From the NCBI GenBank assembly GCA_021613535.1, contig CP075495.1:9734001-9798000 (forward strand): a stretch of DNA of 64,000 bases, given 5' to 3'. The position numbers and the translations under genes were made by a program. This DNA is from Adineta vaga (Eukaryota > Animalia > Rotifera). This document shows, piece after piece, positions 26,150 to 41,529 of the stretch (positions are counted from its first letter, which is position 1; each line of letters opens with the position of its first letter). The notes beneath the pieces were generated by a model. That model saw only the letters and a list, made by a program, of their open reading frames with translations, did no database searches and was not told the DNA's origin.

Positions 26150-27623
26150 TTTTTTCTGTGTTGTTTTCTTTTATAAAAAAAATAAAAATGATTTTTGCTC
26201 AAAAATGATCATTTTCTTATTTATTGTTCTTTCACATGTATGCGGCTATGACAAGAGAAAAATAAAGGTGGTTAATGGTACGTTACGGGCAAAGTATAGG
26301 TGTCATGATGATTGAATTAATGAGTGAGAACCGCCCCTGTTTTTCTCTCATTTATTCTCTTCGAAAGATGCTGATCGTCGTGGACGATCAAACAAGCACA
26401 GTAGAAAGCAATCAAGCACAACCATCATTGACTTTCGTTTTCCTTGTATTTAAGTGTCTAATCGAGACTGATGATGATCATGAGATGAGTTTTTATGTGT
26501 ATTGCACGGCAACAGTCAACCCGATTTCCGGCACACGCTATCTATGCTTCGACTTTGCTCAGCTCAATTTCCGACACACGCTCTCTTTTTTCTCTATTTT
26601 TGATTTAGTTTTTCTTATTTGCAGGTAATGATATGTTTCAAAGTCATACTCTTCGATATCCGTCATTTGATGATAGCAAAGTTCACCTATAAAAAAAAGT
26701 AGTGCTAGTCATTTTATGACGAAGTTTTGATCATCAATGACAGTCTCAACAATGACAAATCATTATCGGTAGTCTTTCGTCTTTCATTTTTTTTTCTTGT
26801 TCTTGTTCTTGTTCTTCTGCAATATAACAAAGACAAGAAAGTAACAGTAGTGGTCAACAGAGTGAGACGACGTTTGAAGAAACATATGCGGCTGGTGCTG
26901 ATTGTTGCGCCAGTGAACCGACACGAAGAGCAATATTTCACTTCACACACGTATACTTACAGAAGGAGAGAGAAACGCACACAAAAAAAGACTATTAAAG
27001 AAAACGAAGTACAATCTCGACCGATCGGACAGCTGGTGCGGTGGTGTAACCACAAACCATGGATAACAGAACCTCTGCTTGGTTTCGATTTTAAGATGAT
27101 CTTTTTTCACACAATTCTTTTGTAGTAAATCAACTTGAAGTTTAACTGATATTATTAAAAATTCAGCAAATTCTCTATATATTTCAAGTGTTAGATCTAT
27201 TGCTAATTCAAGCTCTCTTATTCTATGGGAAATGATGGTTGTTAGAAGAAAAAACTTGGTTCAACGCCTTGATATATTTCTATTTCTATTTTGATTTGTT
27301 AAAATAATATTTCATTTTTACACTTCGAATGTGTGAGAAGAGCGTGTCGTGTGAGTTCCAACTATCCATCTCATTTCCCTGTCACTCTTCCTTTTTCCTT
27401 TTTCTTCGTCTTCTCTTTTTTTATTTTTATTGTCCAATGAAAAAGCAGTGCGAGAAACCAATGAAAATATTTCCTTCTCTTTTTCTTTTTCTTCTTCTTC
27501 ATCTTTTTCTCTTCTCATCAAATCTGAAAGAAATCACATACCAGCACACAGTAGGAGAGAACACTATTCTATTTCATCGATCAAATCAAGTGACATCATC
27601 ATTGAAAAGCATCAAAACTAAAG

Positions 27624-28662
27624 ATGAAAAGCAAATTGTATGTACCGGGTGTAGGTAAGGAAATATGATCTTACATCATCATTCAAATCATTGAAAGATT
27701 ATTATGATCTAGGTCAAGCAGGAGTTAATCAACTTGGTGGTGTTTTTGTTAATGGTCGTCCATTACCTGATCATGTTCGTCGACAAATTGTTGAATTAGC
27801 ATTAGTTGGAATTCGTCCATGTGATATTTCAAGAAAACTACTTGTGTCACATGGATGTGTTTCGAAAATTCTAACACGATTTTATGAAACAGGTTCTATT
27901 CGACCCGGATCGATCAATGGTGGAAATGGTCGACATTCAAAAGTAAGACTGCCGATAAATCGAATGATAAAGTTATCGAAACTATTCACTTATTTTTCTA
28001 GAAAGGATACAGTACTCGAATAGAAGCGAACAAATGTCAGGTTAGTACCTTTTGCTCCGTTAAAAAAAGAACATTTCAAATTATTTCTTATCTTAAATAA
28101 TTAGAATGTTGACATATCACCTTCATCAAATAAAACTCATGAAAATGAAGAATCCTCTTCAATTCGGTAAGTTGTTTTATTGTAGCAAACCTATTTGAAA
28201 ACTACAATTCGTTACAAATAATAGAAATTATCAATCATCATCATCAACAAGTCCTGAACATCTTCCAGCAAATTTCTATTCATCATCTCGATATTTTTCA
28301 TTTCATCATCAAAGTCAATTTTTCTTTCAACATCAACCACCTCCACCACCACCGATACCATCAAATCCTTCATCGGACGAAATTGATGCATCTGATGATG
28401 ACGATGATAGTACTTCAATTTCATCAGTCGAAACAAAACCAAGTACTTCATCGTCATCACTTATCAAACATTCGATTGAAAATATTCTATCAACTAAAAT
28501 AACAAGAAAAAATAAAAGACCTTTATCATCATCATCATCATCATCTCATTGTATGTAAATTTTACAATTATTTCTTTTCAAATATATTGTTTTTCCTTAT
28601 TTATTTTAGCATCCAACGATGAACAAATCAACAATAAACGTCAAAAATCTCTTGCATGTTAA
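27624..28662 (+). CDS. Poxn: Pox neuro-like Pax protein with PAI subdomain only plus octapeptide/eh1 motif (6 exons)
   Basis: [68 protein letters not shown] carries Poxn-type [18 protein letters not shown]. Downstream exons are S/P-rich with KHSIENILS; no RED helices and no homeobox. Confidence 0.85.
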
Positions 28663-28879
28663 TATAACACATACACTATACTCTTCTATTCTGTTCATTT
28701 TCTTTTCTCTGCTTTATTATTCTCTAATAACGTACATACATTTCTTTTTTGTGTTTGGAAAACAGTATATAGAAATAAATATTAAAAAAAACCGAAGAAG
28801 GAAATAAATCGATTCATTTATTTCTTATATCATCTCTATTTGAGAAACAAAACTAATGATCAATTAACATGATTTTCTT

Positions 28880-29135
28880 TTCTCTTCGTCTCATGCAAAT
28901 GACAAATAACATTGGATGGGAGGAGTGCTCTTCAATTAAGGTATGCCTTAGTGTGAGTGCCACCTGAATGTATATATGTGTCGATGTTGATCGCAATCAG
29001 TACTCTGATGACGTGATGGTGAGGCAACTAACTGCTTGAGACAATTAGACCAAGTATGGAATATTGGGAAAGACCACTTGCTGATCAAGTGTCAACGGAG
29101 ATAGACATGCACGACATAGGCACCTTGCGATTTTT
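28880..29135. other. GC-enriched non-coding element between convergent Poxn and tektin 3' ends (enhancer or structured RNA)
   Basis: Visibly GC-richer than flanks, complementary ends, internal hairpins, and ATGCAAAT/CAATTA/CACCTG/CAAGTG motifs. Confidence 0.4.
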
Positions 29136-29643
29136 CTTGCTCGATAATTCATTGATTATCAGATCGATCAATGATCGGTGATGATTGCAATGAAAACGAG
29201 AATAACGATCTCATTATATGTAATATTCTGGTAATCAAATTCTCTATCTATTATTTCTATTTTACAAATTAACCTATGTGTTCACTTGAATCTATTCAAT
29301 ACAACTAAGAAATTATTGTTTTTTCTTTTCTTTTTGTCATATAAATGAAAATAAACTTTTTTGTTTTTCGAAAATGAGTATGTGTTTACAAGAAGAAAAA
29401 AAGAAGGCATATGTGTGAAATCCTATAAGAGAGAGAGAGAGAAATACAGAATAAAAGTTGAATAAAAATAAAATAGTAATAATAATAATAATAATGAAAT
29501 GTCTCCGTTGTGAAGAAAACAGATGGAATCAGCAAGATGATTTCTTCATATGAAAGACAATGATAAACATTTCACTAAACAACAAAGAAAAAAAAGAAGA
29601 ATATTAAATTATTTATCTTGCAAAATTTTTATCTTACTAATTT

Positions 29644-31616
<1,973 letters not shown>

Positions 31617-33180
31617 GTTTGAAGCACCGAAGAATGAAGTAACTAACGAAAGAAAAACGACAAAATTAGATCTCTGTTGTTCCTCGATTCGTTGTATCAA
31701 GTCTTTTTTTCTAATGTTTAATCAACATAAAGTCTTATTTTTGATGTTCAAATTCAATATTTTCTATTGATTATTAGAGAAGAAAACTGTAATGTTTTAT
31801 TAATGTTTTTTAAGATTGGAATACCTACATATGTATTCGATACTATTTGTCTTTGCTCGACGCACAATTCACACAAACACACAGCTGAATAAAATAAAGG
31901 AATGAATAAATGACAAAAAGAAACCTTAGTGAAGGTGTAAAAATTTCTTTTTTTTGCTTTGTCTCTCTCTCTATTTCGCTTTGTCTGACTGCTTTATTCT
32001 TGTTTTGCTTTTTCATAGTTGTTGCGTTACCTGTGAGCGTGTATATACGTTTGCGTCGTCAACTGTTTTCACTCATGTCCGACGACAATGGCTGCTACAG
32101 CTACAGTTGTTGTTACTATTGTTGTTGTTAATGTTGATCCTCGTCGTCACAAGAAACACTATTTTCTTTCTTTTCTATATTGAAAATTGCTACAAAAAGA
32201 GAAAGAGAGAAGAAAATCATTTTCTTTTATTTCATTCTACTAGTGATCATTCCGATAATGAACTACGACGACACCTCAAGAAGTTTCTTTCAAAAAATGA
32301 AAATCAATTAGGGAAAAAAACGAAGAAATACGAACTACATATCTCAAACAGTTTTTAATCATTTAATAGTGCTAAATTCTTTGTTTTGTTCCACTTGAAA
32401 GCAAACGATTTCTTTGAAGTGATAAAAAAAAGAAATTCTAACAGTAGTACTTACACGAACAAGTAATTCACTTGAAACGATGACGACGTGAAAGGAATGG
32501 ATGTCGATACTCTCGGTAAAACATCGAGCATTTTTCAAAAGAATTTCAACGAGAAAAAGAATTCTTTTTACATATATGAAAGAAAAAGATAATGCTATCA
32601 ACCTTACGAATAAATATACGCAAGCATTTTAGTTGAGATAAAGTTTCAACGATTTTATATTTGAAAGTTTTCAAATCCTCTCTTCCTATAGTTGCTCTTC
32701 GGTACTAAATTATTATTATTATATCCGATTCGAAATGACATTTCTGTTTAATAATTGTTATTTAACTAAAAACATTTTCTTTCTTTCTTTTCAATATTTG
32801 ACAAAGAGTGTTTCAAGAATGTTCTACTTGATTTTCATCGTATGTCAGGAATCAAATGTTTTTGAGAACATAATTACTATTTGATTTTAGTTCAATGATG
32901 CATGTAATCAATTTAAATATTATTCGTGATTTTTCTTTAGGAATCAATAAAAGTACATTCTAAAGTTTTACAATGCTTTTAGGAGATGTACAATCGATTT
33001 TAAGAACAAAAACTAAGTTTTCTATTTCGAAAAATTCATATTTATATTAACGTCATAGCTGTTTGCTGAGATAGATCAAAACATAAGAAATTATTTTTCA
33101 TTGGATTAAAATACAAAACAAAAAATGGAATGTTCATAGAAATAAGAAAATAGAAATCACAGACATTCTTGCCAGCATTG

Positions 33181-34916
33181 TTAACAAGCATTTGTTGTTA
33201 CGAGTCGATACCAATCAGCAACATTAACCGGTTGTTCAGCTGATTGAATAAAAAATGAATGAAGCATTAATGGACCATATTTTGGACGTTGTTGAAAATC
33301 TTTTATCAAACTAGATAATTGTGTATGAAAATAAATATGAGAAAAAATAGATTTGAATAATAATGAAGTTTACCATATATTTACAAATGAACGGAAATTA
33401 TCCGAAAACGAAAGTTGAAATGGTAACTGCGGCGGATCTTCTGTTACAATTCGTGCCATGACATCAAAATCTGTTCGACAATTTGCATACGGATGCACAT
33501 TTGTTGCTAATTCAATCTCAATTAATGAATCCAGTTTTATATAGTCATACGTAGAATGATGAAAAAAAAACTTACTAATGAAATTCCTAAACTCCAAATA
33601 TCAGCCCGTATATCATAATTAGGTTTATCTGCAATCGTTGGATTAATACGTTCTGGCGACATATATGCTGCAGAACCTGCTCTCCTTGATTTAGCTTTCG
33701 ACTCTATCAATACTCCACAAATACCAAAATCGCATAATTTGATATTACCATGTTCATCGATTAATATATTCGATGGTTTAACATCTAATGAAAAACATGT
33801 CTCTCTGAAAAAATTTATAAAAAAAAGAATACAAACCTCGATGCATAATACCCTGTTTTTCTTTGAGAAAATTTAATGCACTGACTGTCTAGAAAAGGAT
33901 ATTTTAATAAATAGAACAGAAAGTTTTCGAGATATTTACTGAATATGTTAATTTTCCAAGAATAGCTTCAGGTATAGGTTGTTGAATTAGTTTAAGCAAT
34001 TTACCAAAACAACATGCCATCATTTCCATGCATAGCCAAACTTCTGTCTAAGATATCATATTCAAAATAAGAAATATCTATGCTCGTTATGTTTTTTTCA
34101 ATTACTTGTCGAATAAAATAGCCGAGACAACGAACAATATGTGGAAAATTATAACTTTTTACTAACACATCCAAATCCATAATAATTCGTTTATTATCTT
34201 CATCAGATGCTGTACGAGACATAACCTAACATGAGCAAGAGAGAAGGTAATTATTCGCAAACACAAATCAGCGACAAATAAATATGTATATACTTTCACT
34301 GCTAATATCATTTTACTTGGTCTATGTTCCATTTTAAATACTTCACCACATGTACCTGAACCAAGTAATGAGATTTTGACCATATCTTTCTGTTCGATAA
34401 GTTTTTGCTACAAAAAATAATATATCTTTGATAATCATCAATTTAATACGAATGAAATAAAGATACCTCTCCATTAATATGAAATAAACCTGAATTTTGT
34501 AATACTTCTTGATATTTAGCACGTGTTTCTTCACTAGAATAGAAGATCATTATTTATGCATTCATCTATCTTCTTCTACCTCGTCAGATCTACACATGAT
34601 TGTGACGATGAAATAGGTAAATTAATTGCACCTTTACGCATTGTTATTGAGCCACCTAAATTAGCTACATATATAGATATGTACATGAACTTAAATATAA
34701 ATCAACGTTTTTCTTCATCTCACTAGGTTTGGGTCGTTTTTTAATATTAGTTTCTTGAGAATTACTTCCGATGATAGGAGTTAGTTTTTTTTCGAGATGT
34801 TCGATTTGAGTTGTTAAAGCGGAAATGTCGACATAATCACTATCTATCGATGTTGACGATGATGAAGATCGAGAGAGAGTTTTTGATGATGTTGTTGATG
34901 GAGTAGATGGTAACAT
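33181..34916 (-). CDS. MAP2K7: Dual-specificity MAP kinase kinase 7 (hemipterous-like)
   Basis: [42 protein letters not shown], activation loop [30 protein letters not shown]. Confidence 0.9.
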
Positions 34917-35661
34917 ATTTGAGAAATGTTGTTGTTTTTCTCTTATTCACTTGGTTTATTCATTTAATCAGATCTTTCAAATCAAATTTAGCAAGTGTCA
35001 CTGTCAACGAAAGGATAATAGCGCTATGGATATTTCATTAAAGAACAACGATTGTAGCGCAATAGAAAGAATTCTAGAGGTTAAAATCTTTCTTTTCATT
35101 CGTTTTCATTGACTAGAATCAATATCGCTCGTTGTCGTTCACTCGTTTGTAAACTATCGTATCATAAACGTAAATATAAATATATATGAATTTCTTTTCT
35201 CATCGATCGTTTAAAGACAACATCGTATAGTTTATTGAATTCTTTCGTTTCTTTCAAATCTGTATGGTAAGGCAGACATGTATAGAGTAACTAAATACTA
35301 TCAGTAAAAATCATAATTATATTTTAAATCCGTTCTTTTTATTAGTAGAATTACGCAGAAGAAAAGGCTAATAGTAGAGTAGATGTTTATACAATGATAA
35401 TAGAAAAAAATAGAAATTAGACTATAAATAGTTTTCGCTTTTCAGTAGAAAAAAACATACTACGCAAAAAAAAGAGAAATGACTGCGAGTATAACATTAT
35501 TAGACAAAATACGTAAGTATGCTGGTCTGCTTGATGTTTATAGGAAGTTATTTTTGTATTCAACACGTGTTTAATCATATGAGATAGAAAGATTAAAACG
35601 TTGTGTACTGATTTCTTTTTGTCTTATGTTTGGAAGGTGTGACCTCGAACTTTGAAACACT

Positions 35662-37865
35662 ATGTCCGATAATTGTGTTGTTATTGAACCTGCAGCTTTA
35701 CAGGTATGATTATGACTATGAAGAAGAAGAAGAAGAAGAAGAATAAAATAAAATAATCGAATGATTTTCTATTAAACAGGAATTGCGTACGAAACGTGTT
35801 CGACGTGATAGTTATCAACGAATAAGTAAGTTAAATTGAATGGAAAGTATTCTCAACATTAATTCTAACACAAAAATCTCAAATAAATTAGATTCGGAAG
35901 AAATCTATCAATCATTCTTTATGACGCATACGTGTTATGATTGTATGCCAAAAAGTGGAAAAGTTCTTTTACTCGATGCACGTTTATCAATACGTAAAGC
36001 TTTTTTCGCGCTTGTATTTAATAATGTTCGAGCAGCACTTGTATGGCATGCGCCAACATCATCAAATATTGGTTTAATTACCATAAGTGATTTTATTAAT
36101 ATGCTTATTGCTGCTTATGATTCAAAATGGGTAAGAAGCTTTTTCTTTCGAAATCAACAAAGCATGTGTAAGAGATTGAGAGAGAAAAGAACTTTTCTAT
36201 GAAATCATATTGAGATCTTATCTATGATAGAAACTTGACGATCTTCATATATCTATGAATAATAATCCTACGCAATTCATTAGAACATTCTTAGAAAAAT
36301 TGTTTCTCTTTTCTTTGCAGTAGATCGATGTAACTTTAAAGATTTTCATTTCATCTGATGATATAATATAATGACGTACAGTCAGATCAGTTTACTATTA
36401 ACAGTTGTGTAACTATCGAATTACTTCATATGATAAAAGTTTTATTTGATTGTTTATAATCATATAATAACATTCCTTTTTGTTTTCTAGAATAGTCTCG
36501 ACACTTTAGAAACATCATCCATATTAGAATGGAAACAAAATTCACAATCAAAAAATGGACATACAGATCAACATTTGAATTCCAATATAGTTCATTTAAG
36601 TCCACAAGATAGGTAAATGTATAGATTTTAATCTAATATTTATGTACCTGTTGTTCTTTTTTTTTTTATAAATAATTAGTTTATATACCGCTATATTAAC
36701 AAGTACTGAGCAGAAAATTCATCGTATACCTGTAATTGATCCTCTCAGTCAAGATTTTCTATTTTTAATTACTAATAAACGAATCTTAAGATTTTTATAT
36801 CTATTCGTATGTTATTTCTTCAATGAAATCGATTAAATGTAAATAGAATTGTTTTTTTATTAAAAAAGATTTATGATTTACCTCAACCACCTTTTATTCA
36901 TCAAACATTAGAAGAACTCAAACTTGGCACTTATGACAATCTAGTCTTGGTAATAAATAACTTATTTTCTTTTGTAATTTGAATAAGTCTCTTCTTTTTA
37001 TGAGGAAATAATACAGAACGTAGATTCTCTGAAGAGTTGAAGAAAAAAACACGAACTTACTGATTGCGACATGTTTTGTTTTTATCTAGGGAATAAATTA
37101 GAATAGATCAGAAGGGTTAAAATCATAAATTCTATCATGGTTTTTTGTCTTCTTCTGAAAACATTCTTAATAAAATTAATAACAATATCTGGAAGTTGAT
37201 TAATGATTTCGGAATCTTTTTCTTTTATTTTAGATTGATCTACAAACAAAACTCATTGAAGTTCTTCGTATGTTTCAAAACATTCGTGTTTCTGCTTTAC
37301 CTGTCGTTGATAGTGAAAAACGTTTACGTGATATTTATTCTAAATTCGATATTATGGTATATTCATATTGTCGTTGATTTCTTAATAACTATCATTTTTA
37401 TTTATTTAGCATTTAGCTGCTACACGTACATATGCAAATCTTGATGTTCCTCTTTGTGATATACTTGATCTAATTCATGATCAGAATACACATCAATTAG
37501 CAACATGTAAAATGACTGATCAATTATTTGAATTAATGGATAAATTCGTTACACGAGAGGTTATTTATCAATGAGTAGTTTTTTGTTTTTATTAAGAAAT
37601 ATTCTTTCTTTTCCTTCTATTCTAGGTCCATCGACTGATTATTGTCGACAATAATCATCATATAGTCGGTATTCTTTCTATGTCTGATCTCATGAGATTT
37701 TTCGTATCGAAATTGGAAAGTAATTTTAGAATACATTCTTTTTTACAAAGACAATCAAACTAAAAACTAATTTCGATTGCTTTAGATTCAATTCGTCCAA
37801 ATTTAAATATAGCAAATGGTCATTTAAACGTGCCTGTCTTCGAAAGTGAACCAATGGATACTTAA
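35662..37865 (+). CDS. PRKAG: AMP-activated protein kinase gamma subunit (4 CBS domains)
   Basis: HTCYDCMPKSGKV, KAFFALVFNNVRAALVW, ITISDFIN, KIHRIPVID, RVSALPVVD, DIYSKFD, EVHRLIIVD, ILSMSD. Confidence 0.92.
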
Positions 37866-38622
37866 CATTTTCTTCTGTGTATATGAATACGGATATTTTT
37901 ATCAATTATTGATTTATCTACTCATTTTTTGTTCTTCTTCTTTTCGTTTTATAAATAGATTCCTTTTTCTTCGAATCAAATGCAATATTTTCTTATTAAA
38001 TTTGATTTTCTCGTTGAATAATTACTGATCGTTTGTTTTTTCTTCTTTTGGTTAGAACAACGGATGATTGTTGCATTTTTTTTCGACGCCTACAATGCCC
38101 CCTTCGCTCGCTTATTTACTTGTCAAATTGACAAAAAAGAAAACAAAATGAGATAACGATAAATGATAATTTATTGTTCGCACAAGCAAACTGCCTCATT
38201 CGTTCTTCTTTTGGGAATCATTCACTTTTATATTTATTCGGTGCACCGCTCCTTTTCTTTCTTCTCCTCCTTCGTTTCTTTCTTTCTTTCTTTCTTTCTA
38301 TTTTTCTGCGTATACATACGGTGACATACTAAAGCAGTAAGTAGAAAGCAAAAAAAAGGAAAAAAAAAGAAAGCCTAAGTAACCCATATCTGTCTGCTGT
38401 TGATCGTATTCGTTTATAAAAAAAAAATTGCGGCTGCTTGATAGTCAAAATGAGTGTGACTGGCGGCTCTTTTTCTTACCTTTTTTCTCCTATACTTGTT
38501 ATGTCAGTATTTAAAACATACATCTATTGAATATAAAAATAACGACTTCGATCTATTTATCTTCATTTTTTAGAATATCTTTTTATTAGTCAATTAATAT
38601 TGATCATAATCAAGTCAAACCG

Positions 38623-39831
38623 ATGACAATGGGAGAATCAATGATCTCACCCTCGATTGAATATGATTATTTGATCAAATTTTTAGCTCTCGGTGATTCT
38701 GGTGTTGGTAAGTTTTCATAGATTGTAATTTCGTTTCACAACAGTTTTTCTAGGAAAAACAACATTTCTCTATCAATATACGGATGGACAATTCAATCCG
38801 AAATTTATTTCTACTGTTGGAATCGATTTTCGTGAAAAACGTGTCATTTATCGACCAAAAACATCGCCTAATGCAAAACCATATCGAATTCATTTACAAC
38901 TCTGGGATACAGTAAGTCCATCACGATGAATTACCTTACAGCTATTTCGTTATATTTTTGTTTCTTTATTATTTAGGCTGGACAAGAACGGTAGTTATTT
39001 TTCTATTCAATTTTGACTTTAAACACGAAGATCTCAATTCTTTAGATTTCGAAGTTTAACAACAGCGTTCTTTCGTGATGCAATGGGTTTTATCTTAATG
39101 TTTGATTTAACATCTGAACAATCATTTCTCAATGTACGTAATTGGCTTGCTCAATTACAATGTCATGCTTATTGTGAAGAACCTGATGTGATATTAGTTG
39201 GAAATAAATCCGATCGAGAAGATGCTCGTGCTGTTTCACAAGCACGTGCCAAAGAATTAGCCGATAAATATTCTTTACCATATATTGAAACAAGTGCATT
39301 TACAGCACACAACGTCAAAGAAACAATTGAAACATTATTAGAAAAAGTTATGACAAGAATGGAAAAAACGATAGGTAATTGTCATTCAATTACATTTCAT
39401 TTTTTAAGTATTGTTTACAATCGAAAAGAGAGCGAGAGAGAACTTTTTTATATATAGTCTAGTTAACTCCTTTTCTAGCTCATATTCATTTTGTAAAAAC
39501 CAAATCGAAATCACGTAAGTAATGGATTGATAGAATGAAGTATTTCTCAAAGCATGTGGATGATTGATTCGATTTTTCACATTGTTTTCTTCATAAAGAC
39601 AAACCGCATAGTATTCACATTACGAAGCAATGCATGTTATTTCTTGAGCAAGGTTAATAGAGAATTTATGTTGATCAAGTTATTTCTGGATTTTTCAAGA
39701 GATTCATCAAACGAAAAGCTCTTTTTAATAATCTAATTTTACTTTTTTTTCAAATAGATAAATCAATCTTTCCTGTAAGACAACCACCAGTTGTATCACC
39801 GACTGATGAGAAACAATCATGTGCATGTTAG
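38623..39831 (+). CDS. RAB27: Rab27 small GTPase (5 exons)
   Basis: [54 protein letters not shown]-terminal CAC prenylation motif. Confidence 0.95.
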
Positions 39832-41529
39832 AAAACAAAATTCATCGATGTCATTCTTTTTTTCTCGAATTCTTTATTTTTAATAGTGAAAACTTTTCTA
39901 TCTATGAAGCAATATGAATCTCTTCATTTTATTTCTGATAATATTCTTCGTACAATTTTATGTATTGATTATCATCAAATTTTGATGAATTTCTGTACAC
40001 GTTCGTTTGATCTAATATTCAATTTCTTTTTTTTCTTCTTCATTTTTTGTGTTCTATGTCATTTTTAATGTTCTGAAAAACGACAAATTAATATATTATC
40101 TGCACTTGACTCTCTCTCTCTCTCTCTCGATGACAAATAGTTTTATTTTGTTCTTTGTCGTTGTTTTTTCTTTTGGAAAAAATAATCAAATAAATATCGA
40201 TAAGAATATAATAACAATTTTCTGGTTTATTTGAAGATTAATTACTTTGCACTATTGAATTGAGATATAGATTAGTATATGAAGTATGAATAGAACAAAT
40301 TTACTTGGTGAACTTGTAAAAATCTCATAAATATCTTTCATCCAAGGATAATGATATATTTTCAAAAATAATTAGTGTGAGCAAGAAGAATGTGTCGTTA
40401 TGTCATAAAGAAATGTCAATAATTCCCATAAATATGACTTGAAATTTGTTTGCCAAAAGTACTTGATACTATAAGTAATCAAATTAAATTGAATTAATTA
40501 TACACATGTGAAGAAAGATAGAGCGAATAATGTACTGTTTTATTCAGTATGACATATGTTTTGTCCTATCTATGAACGTATAGAATTCAATGAAAGATCA
40601 TCTCTTGCATATCAATTTTTTTGGACATTCTAAATATGTCACAATCGATTGTATACCATTGATCATGCGATGATGAGAGAGAAATACTTGTTGTTAGGTT
40701 CATCTAGTATGAAACAGTTGATGATATCAAATCGATCACAGATATATAGAAGAAAGATTTATCATACTTATGAAATTTTAAAACTATTTCTTTTATCATG
40801 TGTTCTATTCTACTATTGATTCGGTTAAATTACAAATATATTGCTTTTAATTGGTGAATTTCGCCAAATGATGAAATTACCAACACTCATGAACATAGTT
40901 ATCTCACACAGCTGAATATATTTACGATTGACTATGTTTTATTACATTCGCATATACAAACATTGATGCTTTCCTTTTATGACAATATAAGAAAGACAGA
41001 CTAATAATTAATAGATTCAATTACGCTTTTTACCTTGTTTCTTATTTTCGAGTACAGAACAATATCACATCGCGTTTTATTATGTTCTTCGCTGTATATA
41101 TTGTTCTCTTTAATGTAAGGCCTTCATTTCATAGTATGACAAATGATAATTCGAATTATATACCTTTCATAGCTATGATAAAATCATCACTGTGATATTT
41201 ACAAAAACTTTCGCCCTTTTCTATTAAGGATTTCGTTTGTTTGTTCTTGATATGTAATTTTCTTTCTAGTATGATTGTATTCTATGATAGTTATCAAAAC
41301 ATTAAACGATAAATGTTTTTAATATTTGTCTACTACTGTCAATTAACATCGGGATGATTTTTACATTAAAAACAACAACATATTCTTTATAATATTCTTA
41401 GGCGAAATATTTTGTTTTTGATTAGGAGAAAAAAACGACCATGAATACTTGCTAAGGCGTGCTTTATCATGCATGGAAATATAAATACTCAAGACCGTAG
41501 TTACCTTTTTTCCTATAAACTATCTCGCC

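Noticed and set aside
26275-27658. ORF-track ORFs (117, 132, 109 aa) upstream of Poxn
   Set aside because: Low-complexity F/L/K-rich translations of pyrimidine/purine tracts with no consistent exon structure
28913-28925. TTGGATGGGAG similar to the 5S rRNA C-box or the 7SK 5' end
   Set aside because: No further 5S similarity, and no CATCC partner or 7SK 3' stem
29005-29095. CTGATGA ... GAAA ... GTC as a hammerhead ribozyme core
   Set aside because: Stem II does not close properly and the A15.1-U16.1 pair is missing (GAAAG, not GAAAC)
31910-32601. ORFs upstream of tektin
   Set aside because: Products of simple repeats (GTT, T/C tracts) in the promoter/UTR region; not protein-like
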